DNA of 64,000 nucleotides from a virus (IMGVR_UViG_3300015606_001334:1-64000), one strand, 5' to 3'; shown: positions 1-10,013, counted from the first letter of the stretch. Made by a program: numbers and translations. Notes: generated by a model from the letters alone, not told the origin.

Positions 1-3
1 AGG

Positions 4-345
4 TTAGTCGTCCTTCACGACGACTTGTTTGATGAATGAAGAATAATCAACATCAAGTGGAGCAATGGTATCGGTATCGAGTAGCTGTTTTAGGTTTTTA
101 GCAAGAGCGATTCGCTTCTTGTCAGAAAGCGCCTTGATTTCATTGTAGATTTCTCCACTACGAAAATCGAGGTCTCCTGCATCTCTGTAGTTGGTGTAAT
201 AGCCGACTAGGCGTTCGAGAGCTAGGTCATGAACCGTGTTTCGATTCTTTCCCTCAATAATCTCTCCTAAGATCAAGGACAAGTAGGTCTTAAATCCCAA
301 AAGTCCGTCTTTATTCACTACAGCTCTAAAATCTAGTAAGAACAT
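4..345 (-). CDS. hypothetical protein
   Basis: 113 aa ORF with AAGGAG SD upstream; no recognisable motif. Confidence 0.6.
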   Translation of the reverse strand: MFLLDFRAVVNKDGLLGFKTYLSLILGEIIEGKNRNTVHDLALERLVGYYTNYRDAGDLDFRSGEIYNEIKALSDKKRIALAKNLKQLLDTDTIAPLDVDYSSFIKQVVVKDD

Positions 346-444
346 GGTTTTTCTCCTTATCTCAAGTTCTAAGTATTTATTCCATAAATACCAGTCAGAA
401 CAGGCGGCTCAGTATAATACGGGCACGAAACTAAGGAGAACATC

Positions 445-660
445 ATGGATGGTGTAGCCATAACAACCAATGTCCAGCTCAGCAAGGTCGATGCGACCAA
501 GTGGGACGAAATGAATTTCAACGAGCTCTTAGAGCAGAAGTCAGTGATGCTAGACAGATACGAATACTTAGTATCCATTGGCAGTAACTTTGCGGCTAAA
601 CAGGTCGTAGAAGGCATAACAACCCTTGATTCCTTCATTGCTCAAAAAACTTTAAAATAA
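445..660 (+). CDS. hypothetical protein (probably late)
   Basis: 71 aa, TAAGGAG SD, CATAAATA late-like box at ~384-391. Confidence 0.55.
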   Translation: MDGVAITTNVQLSKVDATKWDEMNFNELLEQKSVMLDRYEYLVSIGSNFAAKQVVEGITTLDSFIAQKTLK

Positions 661-687
661 AGGGCCTCTAAAAGAAGCCCTCATCCT

Positions 688-1293
688 TTACATAAAGCTG
701 TCACGAACTTCATCGCAGATTCCGTACTTCTTGGCTTCCTTTGGAGTTAGCCAACGGTCTGTGGTGGAGAACATAATGTCACGGACTTGCTTTTCTGACA
801 TCGAGGTGTGACGAACGAAGTGGTCGATGAATGTCCTTTCAAGCTTCTCATGATACTTTTGACTGGCGACTAACTCGTGATACTTGCCATATATCATGGT
901 GCTAAACTGGTGGGCCATAATTTCAGTGTTCTTAGTGATCACTCTCTTGCCCTTTGTTCCTGCTGCGACAATGAGTACGCCCATAGAGGCGACTTGACCT
1001 AGACCAACGGTGTTAATATCGAGACGTGAAGTCTCCATGACATCGATTAGAGCGAAACCATCTGAAACAGAGCCACCTGGAGAATTTACCATCATGGTAA
1101 GTTGGGTGTCGTGATCGAATATGAAGTTCGATTTGATGATAAAATTTACGGCTTGATATACGCTGGGAGTATTGATTTCACCGAAAAGGAGGTGAGCGCC
1201 CAAGGTATTCAGCGATATTGCGTCAAGAGGAATAACCTGCTGTTCCTCACCTTCATCATCAGCCATGATTTGGTTTTTTGCGTTAATCGCCAT
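688..1293 (-). CDS. clpP: ClpP-like protease proteolytic subunit
   Basis: NSPGGSV, catalytic ASMG (Ser), MAHQ (His), DRWL..EAKKYG motifs. Confidence 0.9.
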   Translation of the reverse strand: MAINAKNQIMADDEGEEQQVIPLDAISLNTLGAHLLFGEINTPSVYQAVNFIIKSNFIFDHDTQLTMMVNSPGGSVSDGFALIDVMETSRLDINTVGLGQVASMGVLIVAAGTKGKRVITKNTEIMAHQFSTMIYGKYHELVASQKYHEKLERTFIDHFVRHTSMSEKQVRDIMFSTTDRWLTPKEAKKYGICDEVRDSFM

Positions 1294-1405
1294 TAGCTTT
1301 TCCTTTCAAAAAAATAAAGCATGTTAGATGAATTTATAGTTAGCCGGATCAACAATCGTAGCATTCCGATAAATATAGGAAAGCACTTGCCACTAGGATA
1401 TTTCA

Positions 1406-2293
1406 ATGAGACTTTCAGATCATTTCAAGAAAGCAATAACCCCAATCGAGCAAACTCAAGTAGTTGAATCTAAAGTAGATTTAAATGAAGTTCGTGAGAG
1501 AATCAAACAGTACGAGACTATTTTCGTCGATGGTACTCGCGACAACATTTTGAAGGTGCATGACGATGGTTCAATTAGCTACTTCGGCGAAATAGAATTC
1601 AACGAAAAGAGCTATGTCGATAACACCAAACGTATGCCGTTCAAATTCAAGAGAGTTAACAGATTTGTTCTTTTGAAAGGTTATGCCGCTAAGCTTGATT
1701 CTCTTGAAGGTTCTCCAGAAGATTGCCATACCTACATGGTAGATCTTGATGTCCATAAACCACCTTCATTCTTTGAAGGTATGCCAAAGACCGCAAACGT
1801 TATTGACATCTCAGTCGTCTCTCTTCAGCACTGCAAGTTTGGTGTTGAGACTATCAGAGATAAGTTTGAATTGTCTGTAAGAGACAACGAGGATATTGGC
1901 GCAGTAAAGTCCTTTGAAGGTCTTCCACGAGAAATCAATCGAATCATCATCAATAATGGGCCTCAAGTAATCCGTTCATTTAAAGGTTTCCCAGAGAAGA
2001 TCAATGAGTTGTGCTTCTACGGTGGTGGCGACTTTGGTGTGAAAGACCTAGCTCAATACTCCAAGTCTATCGGAAGAATTATCTGCACCCAGCATTCAAT
2101 GGAACCAAATTCTCCAATCCTTTCTTTGTTCAAGCTTAAGCACCTTGAAGAATTGAGAAATGATAACATGATTGTCGACGACTGCAAGAGAGTATTCAAG
2201 ATCGTCAACAAATATCTACAGGATGGCGACGTCTTTGGATGTCAAGAAGAACTAATCGATTCAGAACTCGAACAATACGCGAGAACCAAATGA
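1406..2293 (+). CDS. LRR-like repeat protein of a large-phage paralogue family
   Basis: Repeats LDSLEGSP / SFEGLP / SFKGFP; C-terminal DVFGCQEELID..LEQYAR; ATAAATA upstream. Confidence 0.6.
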   Translation: MRLSDHFKKAITPIEQTQVVESKVDLNEVRERIKQYETIFVDGTRDNILKVHDDGSISYFGEIEFNEKSYVDNTKRMPFKFKRVNRFVLLKGYAAKLDSLEGSPEDCHTYMVDLDVHKPPSFFEGMPKTANVIDISVVSLQHCKFGVETIRDKFELSVRDNEDIGAVKSFEGLPREINRIIINNGPQVIRSFKGFPEKINELCFYGGGDFGVKDLAQYSKSIGRIICTQHSMEPNSPILSLFKLKHLEELRNDNMIVDDCKRVFKIVNKYLQDGDVFGCQEELIDSELEQYARTK

Positions 2294-3039
2294 AATCATT
2301 CAAACAATTTTTCTATGAGCAAGAAGAGATACCATTTGATCCAAAGCTCGCATACCACGACTCCCTAAATCCTGCGATTTGGGATAACTTTGAGCTACGC
2401 CCAGAAGTTTCTGAGGCACTCGACAGAATAGCAAATGAGTTTATTGAGTTCTTAGGTGTTGATGTAGCCGCGGTCACAGATGTGATTCTGACTGGCAGTA
2501 ATGCAAACTACAACTGGACAGAAATTTCTGACCTAGACCTTCACATAGTTTTGGACATGAAAAATGGACAGATCTGTCCGACCTGTCCATCCGATAATTT
2601 CATTGAAGATTGTTTCCAAGCGAAGAAGACCTTGTGGAATACCTCCCACAATATCACTATTCATGGATTTGATGTTGAGCTTTATGCTCAAAATGCGGCA
2701 GAAACCGCAGTCCAAGATTCAGGTGTCTATAGCCTCAGAAATAAGCAGTGGATCCAGGAGCCACTCAATAAACAGATCACTATAGACAATAAGGCTGTCC
2801 AGTTAAAATCACAGGACATTATGCTGCAAATCGACGAGCTATTGAATTCTCAATCAGACAATCGTGAAGATTTGCAGGCGATCAAGGACAAGATCAAGAA
2901 GCTTCGCTCTGCTGGCTTACAAAAAGGAGGCGAGTTCTCTATTGAGAATCTCGCCTTCAAAGCCTTGCGTAATTTGGGGTATATCGAGAAGCTAACTGAC
3001 TACATGAAGCATCTTGCTGATAGAGACCTTAGCGTTTAA
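2290..3039 (+). CDS. Pol-beta-superfamily nucleotidyltransferase
   Basis: LTGSNANYNW...SDLDLHI (GS...DxD) plus VELY third acid; likely start MKSFKQFF at 2290 (ATGA overlap). Confidence 0.75.
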   Translation: MKSFKQFFYEQEEIPFDPKLAYHDSLNPAIWDNFELRPEVSEALDRIANEFIEFLGVDVAAVTDVILTGSNANYNWTEISDLDLHIVLDMKNGQICPTCPSDNFIEDCFQAKKTLWNTSHNITIHGFDVELYAQNAAETAVQDSGVYSLRNKQWIQEPLNKQITIDNKAVQLKSQDIMLQIDELLNSQSDNREDLQAIKDKIKKLRSAGLQKGGEFSIENLAFKALRNLGYIEKLTDYMKHLADRDLSV

Positions 3040-3773
3040 AGATCCTTTGCCATCTTGAAGAGCAGCGTAGCTACGGAGTTGTTGCGACCGATCTTTTCGT
3101 AGAGCAACCAACCATCGCGACTCGTACCTTCGTCTTCGAGGAACTGTTCTTCAGAAACATGTTGGTGAGCGCGGTAGGTAAGCATCTGACCAAGGCTGAA
3201 GGAGATAAGAGTCTTAATCATGCTCATGATAGGATGGTTGTTGTCCCAAACGAACCAGCGATACAGGAAGTCTCCAAGACCGTCAACTTCAAAGATGACC
3301 TGACCAACCCAGCGCATAAACACGTTGTATTCAGAACCACCAATGTCGATACCATAGGTAGGAGGCATCGTGATGATTTGGTAGATCAATGCAGGCGGCG
3401 TAAGAACCATCGAAACTACGAAGACGATACAACCACCGAACCAGATCCACAGCCAAACGTGGAAGACGTAGTTGATCAGGGAGTTGGTAGTCCAACGAAC
3501 CTTACGGGAAGTTCCAAGAACTGCGTAGACGATGCGAACAATCAGATGACCGATGGCGCGACCAAAAAACGCAAACAGCAGAAACAGAGGAACGCCATAC
3601 AGACCGAAGAAGATGAACGATGCCACTCCAGCAGCCAGAGTCTGCTTGGTAAAGAGGGTGGTCAAACCTTCCATGACGCCGATACTGCGCATCATACCAA
3701 AGTAGGTTTCACTTTGGTTTTCGTCGTAACCAAACTTTTCGGTTTCGAAGAAGTTAGAGTTTTTCATGTTCAT
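3036..3773 (-). CDS. multi-pass membrane protein
   Basis: Several hydrophobic segments; own early promoter and SD. Confidence 0.65.
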   Translation of the reverse strand: MNMKNSNFFETEKFGYDENQSETYFGMMRSIGVMEGLTTLFTKQTLAAGVASFIFFGLYGVPLFLLFAFFGRAIGHLIVRIVYAVLGTSRKVRWTTNSLINYVFHVWLWIWFGGCIVFVVSMVLTPPALIYQIITMPPTYGIDIGGSEYNVFMRWVGQVIFEVDGLGDFLYRWFVWDNNHPIMSMIKTLISFSLGQMLTYRAHQHVSEEQFLEDEGTSRDGWLLYEKIGRNNSVATLLFKMAKDL

Positions 3774-3797
3774 CTCCTAGTTAGCATCTACAATTGC

Positions 3798-3826
3798 ATT
3801 ATAACAACGATACCGAAAAAGTAAAC
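3798..3826 (-). promoter_or_regulatory. early (sigma70-type) promoter
   Basis: GTTTACT-N17-TATAAT with TG extension. Confidence 0.75.
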
Positions 3827-3913
3827 AAGAAATTACACTATATGATAATTTAGACGAGCTAAATATCCTTATAGTGTAATTTTCAGCAGTGCTAATTAAC
3901 CCTATAAGGTCAA

Positions 3914-5041
3914 TTAGATTTGTTCGAGCGAGAAGTCCTGCTTCAGGTGGTTCTTCAGGAAGTAATCCCGGACATCAAACTCCTTACCGTTAAAGCGATT
4001 CATGACGGCAGAGAACCACTTGTGGCCCTTCATCTTCATCGCAATTTCCTTTCGGTCGGTCATGCCAGCAATTTCTTGCTCAGCCTTCTCGATGTCCAGT
4101 TCGATTTGACGAATGGTTTGAAGAACCCGATGTTCGATCGCTTCAACCTTCTTCATGGTCGCTTCAGATTCAGGAGCCGAGTAGACGTAAGACTTGTAAT
4201 CGTCGACAGTTTCGTTGACAACCATTTCAGCAACATCGCGTTCACGAACGAAAACGATAGTGCGATGAAGCTGCAAGTACCATTGAGTCTTGCCCTTGAC
4301 CATCGTGCCGTCTTGGAACTGGATCACGTAGCCTTCCTTGTCTTCGTCCTTTTCCATGCTTTCGAGAATTTGAGCAGGACCGATTTCAGCAGTCGGATAT
4401 TCTGCACCAGTCGGAATTTCAAAGCCCATGGACTTCGCAAAGCCGGCGGGATCAGCAACGTACTGACCAGTCACATTGTCTCGAATGTGCAACAGATGCA
4501 GACCATCATGAGAATACGGAAGAACGATGCGGTTTTTCGGAGAAGTAAACTCGAAGATCGGAGTTACGCCTTCTTCGATACAAGCATGACAGAAAGTCAC
4601 ATGCTTCGGAAGAGCGTATTCCATGAACGCGGTCGCCAGGTTGGCAGCATCAGAAGTAAACGATTTCTTCGTCTTCAGGTAGATCTTACCATGAACTCGA
4701 ACCGGATGAACCATCGAACCGTCGCGCTTGTCCATGACGCGGATCACATGACCGTTCTTCATCAGCATTTCGACGAAGTTCATCTGAGTTTCAGGCAGTT
4801 CGCCGATGTTGAAGAACTTGTGGAGAGGGCGAGAGTGGATGTTGCCCTTCTTGTCGAACGTGATGCCACGACATTCGCGAGCCCAGTCCTTGTTTTCGCC
4901 GGTGAAGGTCTCACCAGTCGAGATGATGTACGAAACGATCGTAAAGCCAAATTCGTTGGTGATGAAGCCAATCTCAGGTTGATGGCCCACTTGAGCGCGA
5001 AGTTCATCGAGGTGGTTGATAATCGGGAAAGTCATGTTCAC
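3914..5041 (-). CDS. RNA ligase 1 (T4 Rnl1-like)
   Basis: RECRGI, PLHKFFN, motif I KRDGS, FEFTSP.NRIV, EGYV, KGKT.WY..LH. Confidence 0.9.
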   Translation of the reverse strand: MNMTFPIINHLDELRAQVGHQPEIGFITNEFGFTIVSYIISTGETFTGENKDWARECRGITFDKKGNIHSRPLHKFFNIGELPETQMNFVEMLMKNGHVIRVMDKRDGSMVHPVRVHGKIYLKTKKSFTSDAANLATAFMEYALPKHVTFCHACIEEGVTPIFEFTSPKNRIVLPYSHDGLHLLHIRDNVTGQYVADPAGFAKSMGFEIPTGAEYPTAEIGPAQILESMEKDEDKEGYVIQFQDGTMVKGKTQWYLQLHRTIVFVRERDVAEMVVNETVDDYKSYVYSAPESEATMKKVEAIEHRVLQTIRQIELDIEKAEQEIAGMTDRKEIAMKMKGHKWFSAVMNRFNGKEFDVRDYFLKNHLKQDFSLEQI

Positions 5042-5051
5042 ATCTCCAAAA

Positions 5052-5091
5052 AGTTGGTGCGATTATAACCAACTCCCCCTGAAAAGTAAAC
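5052..5091 (-). promoter_or_regulatory. early promoter with -10 inside an inverted repeat
   Basis: GTTTACT...TATAAT; arms AGTTGGT (5052-5058) / ACCAACT (5068-5074). Confidence 0.75.
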
Positions 5092-5137
5092 TGGGAACCC
5101 AAAAGAGTTCCCAGTGAAAATTTTGTTTTGCTTGCTC

Positions 5138-5290
5138 TTATTTTAGAACGACAATGACAAGAGACACGATCGACATGACGCAAGAGGCGAAGACTGCTGC
5201 CGCAAGGTACTTGATCTGGTTGTTTTGCTTTGCATCCATCTCAGAAAGAGTTTGAGTTATTTCTTCTCTGGTTATGGCGTTATTGCTCAT
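5138..5290 (-). CDS. small membrane-anchored protein (not in ORF track)
   Basis: 50 aa MSNNAITREE...LAAAVFASCVMSIVSLVIVVLK, C-terminal TM helix. Confidence 0.5.
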   Translation of the reverse strand: MSNNAITREEITQTLSEMDAKQNNQIKYLAAAVFASCVMSIVSLVIVVLK

Positions 5291-5308
5291 TATTCTCATG
5301 ATTGTTCC

Positions 5309-5743
5309 TTATAGTATAGGTATAGGTTTTAGAAGTGGAGATATTAAAAGGTCGCGTGGGGTTACGCGATAAGCGGTCTCATTGAGTAGAGGATAACCAG
5401 CTTGCTTGAAAGACCATGCAACAAGTTCACTGCAGAACCATTTGTCGTCGCTTTCCCAATCCCGGTTATGAGCGACTAGTCCACAAATACCGCCCCAGTC
5501 GTATGGCTTATCCAATTGAGACATTGCACAATCGATGACGGTAGTAGGGGCATCGACAGTGAATCTCTCTATTCTTGAATATTGCAAATCACCATGGACC
5601 TTAACTCCACCATGAGTTGCTAAAGCACCAAGAAGCTGACCATCGGGCAAAACAAAATCCACATGTGATGCCCAAGACCATGTGAACAACTGAATCGCCC
5701 TTGATGTCCAATGACGAGTAGTACTAAATTGAATAGTGATCAT
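5309..5743 (-). CDS. permuted papain-like NlpC/P60 (YiiX-like) protein
   Basis: N-terminal SHV, PYDW, C-terminal WFCSELV, VTP. Confidence 0.75.
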   Translation of the reverse strand: MITIQFSTTRHWTSRAIQLFTWSWASHVDFVLPDGQLLGALATHGGVKVHGDLQYSRIERFTVDAPTTVIDCAMSQLDKPYDWGGICGLVAHNRDWESDDKWFCSELVAWSFKQAGYPLLNETAYRVTPRDLLISPLLKPIPIL

Positions 5744-5784
5744 TTTCAGCTATCCTCCAATTAATTTACGGTTAACGTATTTAT

Positions 5785-6204
5785 TTAGAGAGGAGTATTA
5801 GCAAGAATTTGAGCAGCACGACCGGTACCAAGCAGTCCAACTGTTTCAAGGAATTGGACGCCTGCTGCAACGTCTGGGTTATCAAGTTGAACTTCACCAG
5901 AAACTTCGAGGTCCTTCATGATAGTTGAAAGAACCGCTTTATTTTGTGGTGAAATACCAGGGTTTGCAGAAAAATTGTCGATTGCTACTCGCTCATTGAA
6001 CGTAAATAGCTTTCTAAACTGATATTTAGTCAAAATTCTTTCCGCGTTTGCTTTTGGATTGGCAGCAATCCAAGCGTCAAGAGTTTCTTTAGTTGGAATT
6101 GCTTCACCAGCATCCCAAACTAGAGAATTGTAATCAGTGCCATCTCCTAAGGTGTGGCACTGTACTAATGGAAATCCAATCCCAATAGCTTCAATGTAAT
6201 TCAT
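5785..6204 (-). CDS. tail-associated protein / fibre assembly chaperone-like
   Basis: Last gene of tail operon; LTKYQFRKLFT..ER motif; likely start MNYIEAI. Confidence 0.5.
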   Translation of the reverse strand: MNYIEAIGIGFPLVQCHTLGDGTDYNSLVWDAGEAIPTKETLDAWIAANPKANAERILTKYQFRKLFTFNERVAIDNFSANPGISPQNKAVLSTIMKDLEVSGEVQLDNPDVAAGVQFLETVGLLGTGRAAQILANTPL

Positions 6205-6863
6205 TATACGTACTCCCAAATTAGAATGTCATTAGCGGCAAGCAAACCGTTAAAGACGACAGTTGCTTGTCTATTTACATACCAAGTAGCAGCTGAATTT
6301 ATCCCCATTCTAATAGAATAGGTAGCAGATGATCCATAAGTTGTCGCACCGATTTGATCATCAACAATAAAGAATGAAAACACCTGTGGACGACCAGAAG
6401 TAACAAAGTTCATTGTTTGAACACCAATACAAGTAGTTCCTCTAAAGATTGCAATAGTGAAGTTGCGGTTAGAAGTTCCACAGTCAATGTTTAACGCTCC
6501 TTGAAATGCAAGCTTACTTGCAGGATCAGAAGGTGTACAAGTTACAGTAGCAATTTGAGTACCTTCAGTAGACAATGGGGTAGTGTTGTCAAATGGAATC
6601 AAAGAGGTACTTGATGCTGCAGCCACAGTAGCAGTAAGCGATAAGTTTGGTAGAATCGATGGAGTTCCAGAAATTTTAGACCAAGGTAGGGTAGGAGAGC
6701 CTCCTGTGACTCTACCTTGGGCATTAACGGAAACCTGAGCAAAATCTCCAGCAGTTACGCCTGTCAAAGAAAGTTTTGCATCAGTGACTTGCAAATCTCC
6801 AATATCGGCAGTTTTAATACCACCATCAAGAAGTTGTCCGCTTGTTAATTGAGTTCTGCTCAT
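6204..6863 (-). CDS. tail fibre-related structural protein
   Basis: GVTAG..VSVNAQGRVT and WSKISGTP fibre repeats. Confidence 0.7.
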   Translation of the reverse strand: MSRTQLTSGQLLDGGIKTADIGDLQVTDAKLSLTGVTAGDFAQVSVNAQGRVTGGSPTLPWSKISGTPSILPNLSLTATVAAASSTSLIPFDNTTPLSTEGTQIATVTCTPSDPASKLAFQGALNIDCGTSNRNFTIAIFRGTTCIGVQTMNFVTSGRPQVFSFFIVDDQIGATTYGSSATYSIRMGINSAATWYVNRQATVVFNGLLAANDILIWEYV

Positions 6864-6875
6864 GTTTCTATCCTA

Positions 6876-8228
6876 TTACTTAAAGTAAGAGCAACGTAGC
6901 TTTTCGCCAGATTGAACAGCGAATAGCATAGTGATGGTGTTTCCAGAAATGGTGTAATCGTTACCTGCACCGGATTCCAATAGCATACCGTTCCAGTAAA
7001 GGTGTTCAGTACCAGCAACTGGAGCATTTGCTAGGGTGAAGGTCATATTCACACCGTCAACGGTACCGGCTGGAGTTTCCTTAGCAACGAAGTTGGATGC
7101 GGTCAAATAGGCAACAGTAGAACCTGCAGTTACACGACCTTTAGCATCAACAGTTACGTTGTTGTAAGTACCAGCAGTAACACCAGAGTTTGCCAAAGTT
7201 ACTGCAATAGTAGCATTCGCAGAACCGTCAAAAGAAACAGAACCGGTTGCATCAGTTGAAAGAGAAATGGTACGAGCGGTTGCTAGTTTGGTAGCAGTTG
7301 CTGCATTACCATCAATACTGGTAATACCGGTCAAGGCAACAGCAGCAGATGCACGGTTTAGAGCAAGCGCAGTAGTACCAACATAGAAAGTCGATGCAAT
7401 ACCTGCAGCATCAGTAATACCGTAGCCAGCTAGAGTTGTTGGATTGGTACCAGCAGTTACACGACCTTTAGCGTCAACAGTGACTGATTTGTAAGTACCA
7501 GCAGTAACACCAGAGTTTGCTAGAGTGCCAGCTGCTGTTACGTTTGCTGAACCGTCAAATGAGACAGACCATGCTACGTCGCCAGTCATTGCAACAGTAC
7601 GAGCAGTTGCCAACTTGGTTGCAGTGCCTGCATTGCCGGTTACGGAAGTAACATCAGCTTGAGCTCTTGCTGCAGTGTAGTACTTGTTGACTGAACCTTC
7701 TGGGACAGCATCAGTAGAACCTGGAGCAGCAGAAATTTCGATGTAGACGGTGCCTGACCAACGATAGACCTTGTTGGTGGTGGTATCGACATAGATAACG
7801 CCAGTGGTACCAGTTGCTGGGAATGAAGCTAGGGCAGCAAATTCTAGAACATCGTCAACGAATGAAGGTAGTTGGGCCGCTGGAACTTTACCAGTTGCGT
7901 CAAGACCGGCAACACCGTTTGCTACACCAATTTGGGAAGCTGCAACGGCATCGGTAATACCGTAGCCAGATAGAGTGGTTGGTTTACCAGTTACGCTTGA
8001 GAAAGCGATGGTGATTCCGTCAACATAACCCTTAGTAGCAAGGTGCGCTGCTGAAGTTGGAGTAACACCGGAAACTGGTGAAGTAAATGCTCTAGAGCCA
8101 TCGTTGAAGATGAACTTTAGATTGTCTTGTAGTTTTGAGGTTTGAATCGCGGCGGAAGCTGATACCAATGAATCATCGATAGTTCCTGCTGCAATTTGAG
8201 CTGTACCTCGTAGTTTAGTTAGCGCCAT
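6876..8228 (-). CDS. tail fibre protein
   Basis: KPTTLSGYGITDA, GKVPAAQLPSFVDDV, SGVTAGTY..VTVDAKGRVT x2, ATKLATART x2. Confidence 0.8.
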   Translation of the reverse strand: MALTKLRGTAQIAAGTIDDSLVSASAAIQTSKLQDNLKFIFNDGSRAFTSPVSGVTPTSAAHLATKGYVDGITIAFSSVTGKPTTLSGYGITDAVAASQIGVANGVAGLDATGKVPAAQLPSFVDDVLEFAALASFPATGTTGVIYVDTTTNKVYRWSGTVYIEISAAPGSTDAVPEGSVNKYYTAARAQADVTSVTGNAGTATKLATARTVAMTGDVAWSVSFDGSANVTAAGTLANSGVTAGTYKSVTVDAKGRVTAGTNPTTLAGYGITDAAGIASTFYVGTTALALNRASAAVALTGITSIDGNAATATKLATARTISLSTDATGSVSFDGSANATIAVTLANSGVTAGTYNNVTVDAKGRVTAGSTVAYLTASNFVAKETPAGTVDGVNMTFTLANAPVAGTEHLYWNGMLLESGAGNDYTISGNTITMLFAVQSGEKLRCSYFK

Positions 8229-8269
8229 AATTTTTCTCCGTTAAGTTGGCAAATCAAAAATATTCATTA

Positions 8270-8685
8270 TTAGTTTGGGATATTTGATTTAATGAAATCC
8301 AAGACTATGTTTACGCCCGAAGAAACTTCGGCAGTCGTGAGTTCATAATTTAACTGGAGATACCCGTCTTTTTCTTGATAGTCAATATTCAATTTCTGTC
8401 TTACACCACCAACGTAAAGCTGGGTTGACGAAGATTTGAAATTGACAGACGGGGTAATTTTGACGATAACATCACCTGAAGTTTCGATGGTGAATGAGTC
8501 GTTGAATACATGGACGTCAGTGGAAATTGCATTCCACTTTACACCATCATGGAAGGTTAATCCAAGGACGTCATGATAAAAATTTCTCCAGAGTTTGGAG
8601 AAGATGGAAAGGCTGGGCCTCTAGCCACAGTCAGATTTTTAAATTCTGAGCCTTCTGATAGATTTACGTTACCATATACTTTCAT
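8270..8685 (-). pseudogene. tail-related gene interrupted by a -1 frameshift in a T5 run (~8578-8582)
   Basis: Frame 0 MKVYGNVNLSEGS...GEIF continues in the -1 frame as YHDVLGLTFHDGVKW...LYVGGVRQKLNIDY...PN*; both parts resemble neighbouring fibre domains. Confidence 0.7.
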
Positions 8686-8779
8686 GCTTCCCCAAGGGCG
8701 CCTGCCTGATAATCTTCTGATTGACTGCAGGTCGTCAATCAGCCGTGTCGATTCATTTTAATGTAATATTTATTCGAAT

Positions 8780-8962
8780 CTAAAAATATTCGCGAATGAA
8801 TCCACCATTGAGGGTACTGAATTTCTCAAGCTTGCTGTAGCTGATTTTGTTTTCCTTAAACAAGCTTATGCGTGCTAGGAATTCGAATTTTTTAATTTCA
8901 GGAAAGACGATTGAAAATCGTGCAAGATTTCCAAGATGGACTTCTGATGAAAGAAAGCTCAT
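8780..8962 (-). CDS. hypothetical protein
   Basis: 60 aa, abuts upstream gene. Confidence 0.4.
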   Translation of the reverse strand: MSFLSSEVHLGNLARFSIVFPEIKKFEFLARISLFKENKISYSKLEKFSTLNGGFIREYF

Positions 8963-9493
8963 TTACGCTCTATGTCCTTGGTATTCTTTATAGAGTTTTA
9001 GGAAGGTTTTTCTGTCAAATGAAGAGGAGCCTGAATCTCTACGAAGATCTAGAATTTCGTCTAGCAAGTAAACGTTCTTATCTTCGTCTTCGATGAGTAG
9101 ACCTTTAGAAACCCCATACTTCTTACTGTGGAGCTTGTATCCAGTTACTTTTACTTTTTTGCTGTCGTCAAATCCTTCTTTTTCACCTTGACCATCTTCA
9201 GACTTGTTGAAAACGTAAATGAAATCGTGAGGCTGAGGTAGATGGATTTTGCGCTTGATTCTTCCGTAAGCAGTAAAAACCTTGGAAGATTGAGAGAACT
9301 CTACTCTGACGGTATTGATCTTCTCAATATCAAAGAAGTAAATGGTAATGAATGGGGAAGTATGACCTTCCGCCCCTGCTTGTCGACAGTAAACTGCAGG
9401 ACCTTTTGTTTTGAAATTGTTAAAACCAACGACAGTCAATTTTGCACCGTCTTTTGTCTCGATTTCGTCATTTGGTAGGGGGACAACAATCAT
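8963..9493 (-). CDS. hypothetical protein
   Basis: 176 aa in operon. Confidence 0.6.
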   Translation of the reverse strand: MIVVPLPNDEIETKDGAKLTVVGFNNFKTKGPAVYCRQAGAEGHTSPFITIYFFDIEKINTVRVEFSQSSKVFTAYGRIKRKIHLPQPHDFIYVFNKSEDGQGEKEGFDDSKKVKVTGYKLHSKKYGVSKGLLIEDEDKNVYLLDEILDLRRDSGSSSFDRKTFLKLYKEYQGHRA

Positions 9494-9495
9494 GT

Positions 9496-9765
9496 TTACA
9501 CCTGGATAACGTGAACTTCCACATTCTTAATGAAGTTTTTGTGGAACTTGTTTACTCGTTTTTGAATCTTGTCGCTTAGGTCATTTTGACGGCCATCTGA
9601 AATTTTACCGTCAAACCTGTCAACATAGAAATTGAAGACTATTCCGTCTCCCGATTTCTTGATTTCAACGTTTTCAATTTTTACTGAAGCTAGTTCTTCT
9701 TCTGCTGAATGAATAACAAAGTGTTCTATGTTATCATCCAGCCCGTAAATATCACGGACTTTCAT
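9496..9765 (-). CDS. hypothetical protein
   Basis: 89 aa, overlapping start/stop. Confidence 0.55.
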   Translation of the reverse strand: MKVRDIYGLDDNIEHFVIHSAEEELASVKIENVEIKKSGDGIVFNFYVDRFDGKISDGRQNDLSDKIQKRVNKFHKNFIKNVEVHVIQV

Positions 9766-9989
9766 TCTTCGACATCGTCAAGAAGATCTTCGGCTTCAAT
9801 CTCTTCAAGCTCACGAAGATAGGACTTGAAGCTAATTCTTTTAGCGCGGTTGTCTTGCATTTCGGTAGATTCGTTGAAACGTCTCTTGTTGTTCTTAAAA
9901 CGAGCAACAATCTTTTTCTGTTTCGCCAAGTAACCATCGCTATTAACGTTTTTGGATGACATTTTTGTCAAAACTCCTGAACTAAACAT
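9762..9989 (-). CDS. small basic/acidic bipartite protein
   Basis: K/R-rich N-half, D/E-rich C-terminus. Confidence 0.5.
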   Translation of the reverse strand: MFSSGVLTKMSSKNVNSDGYLAKQKKIVARFKNNKRRFNESTEMQDNRAKRISFKSYLRELEEIEAEDLLDDVEE

Positions 9990-10013
9990 ATTTTTTATTT
10001 ATCCAAAACAAAC

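Noticed and set aside
3920-5068. 382 aa plus-strand ORF
   Set aside because: Antisense shadow of RNA ligase 1
8573-8761. 62 aa plus-strand ORF
   Set aside because: Antisense to the frameshifted tail gene
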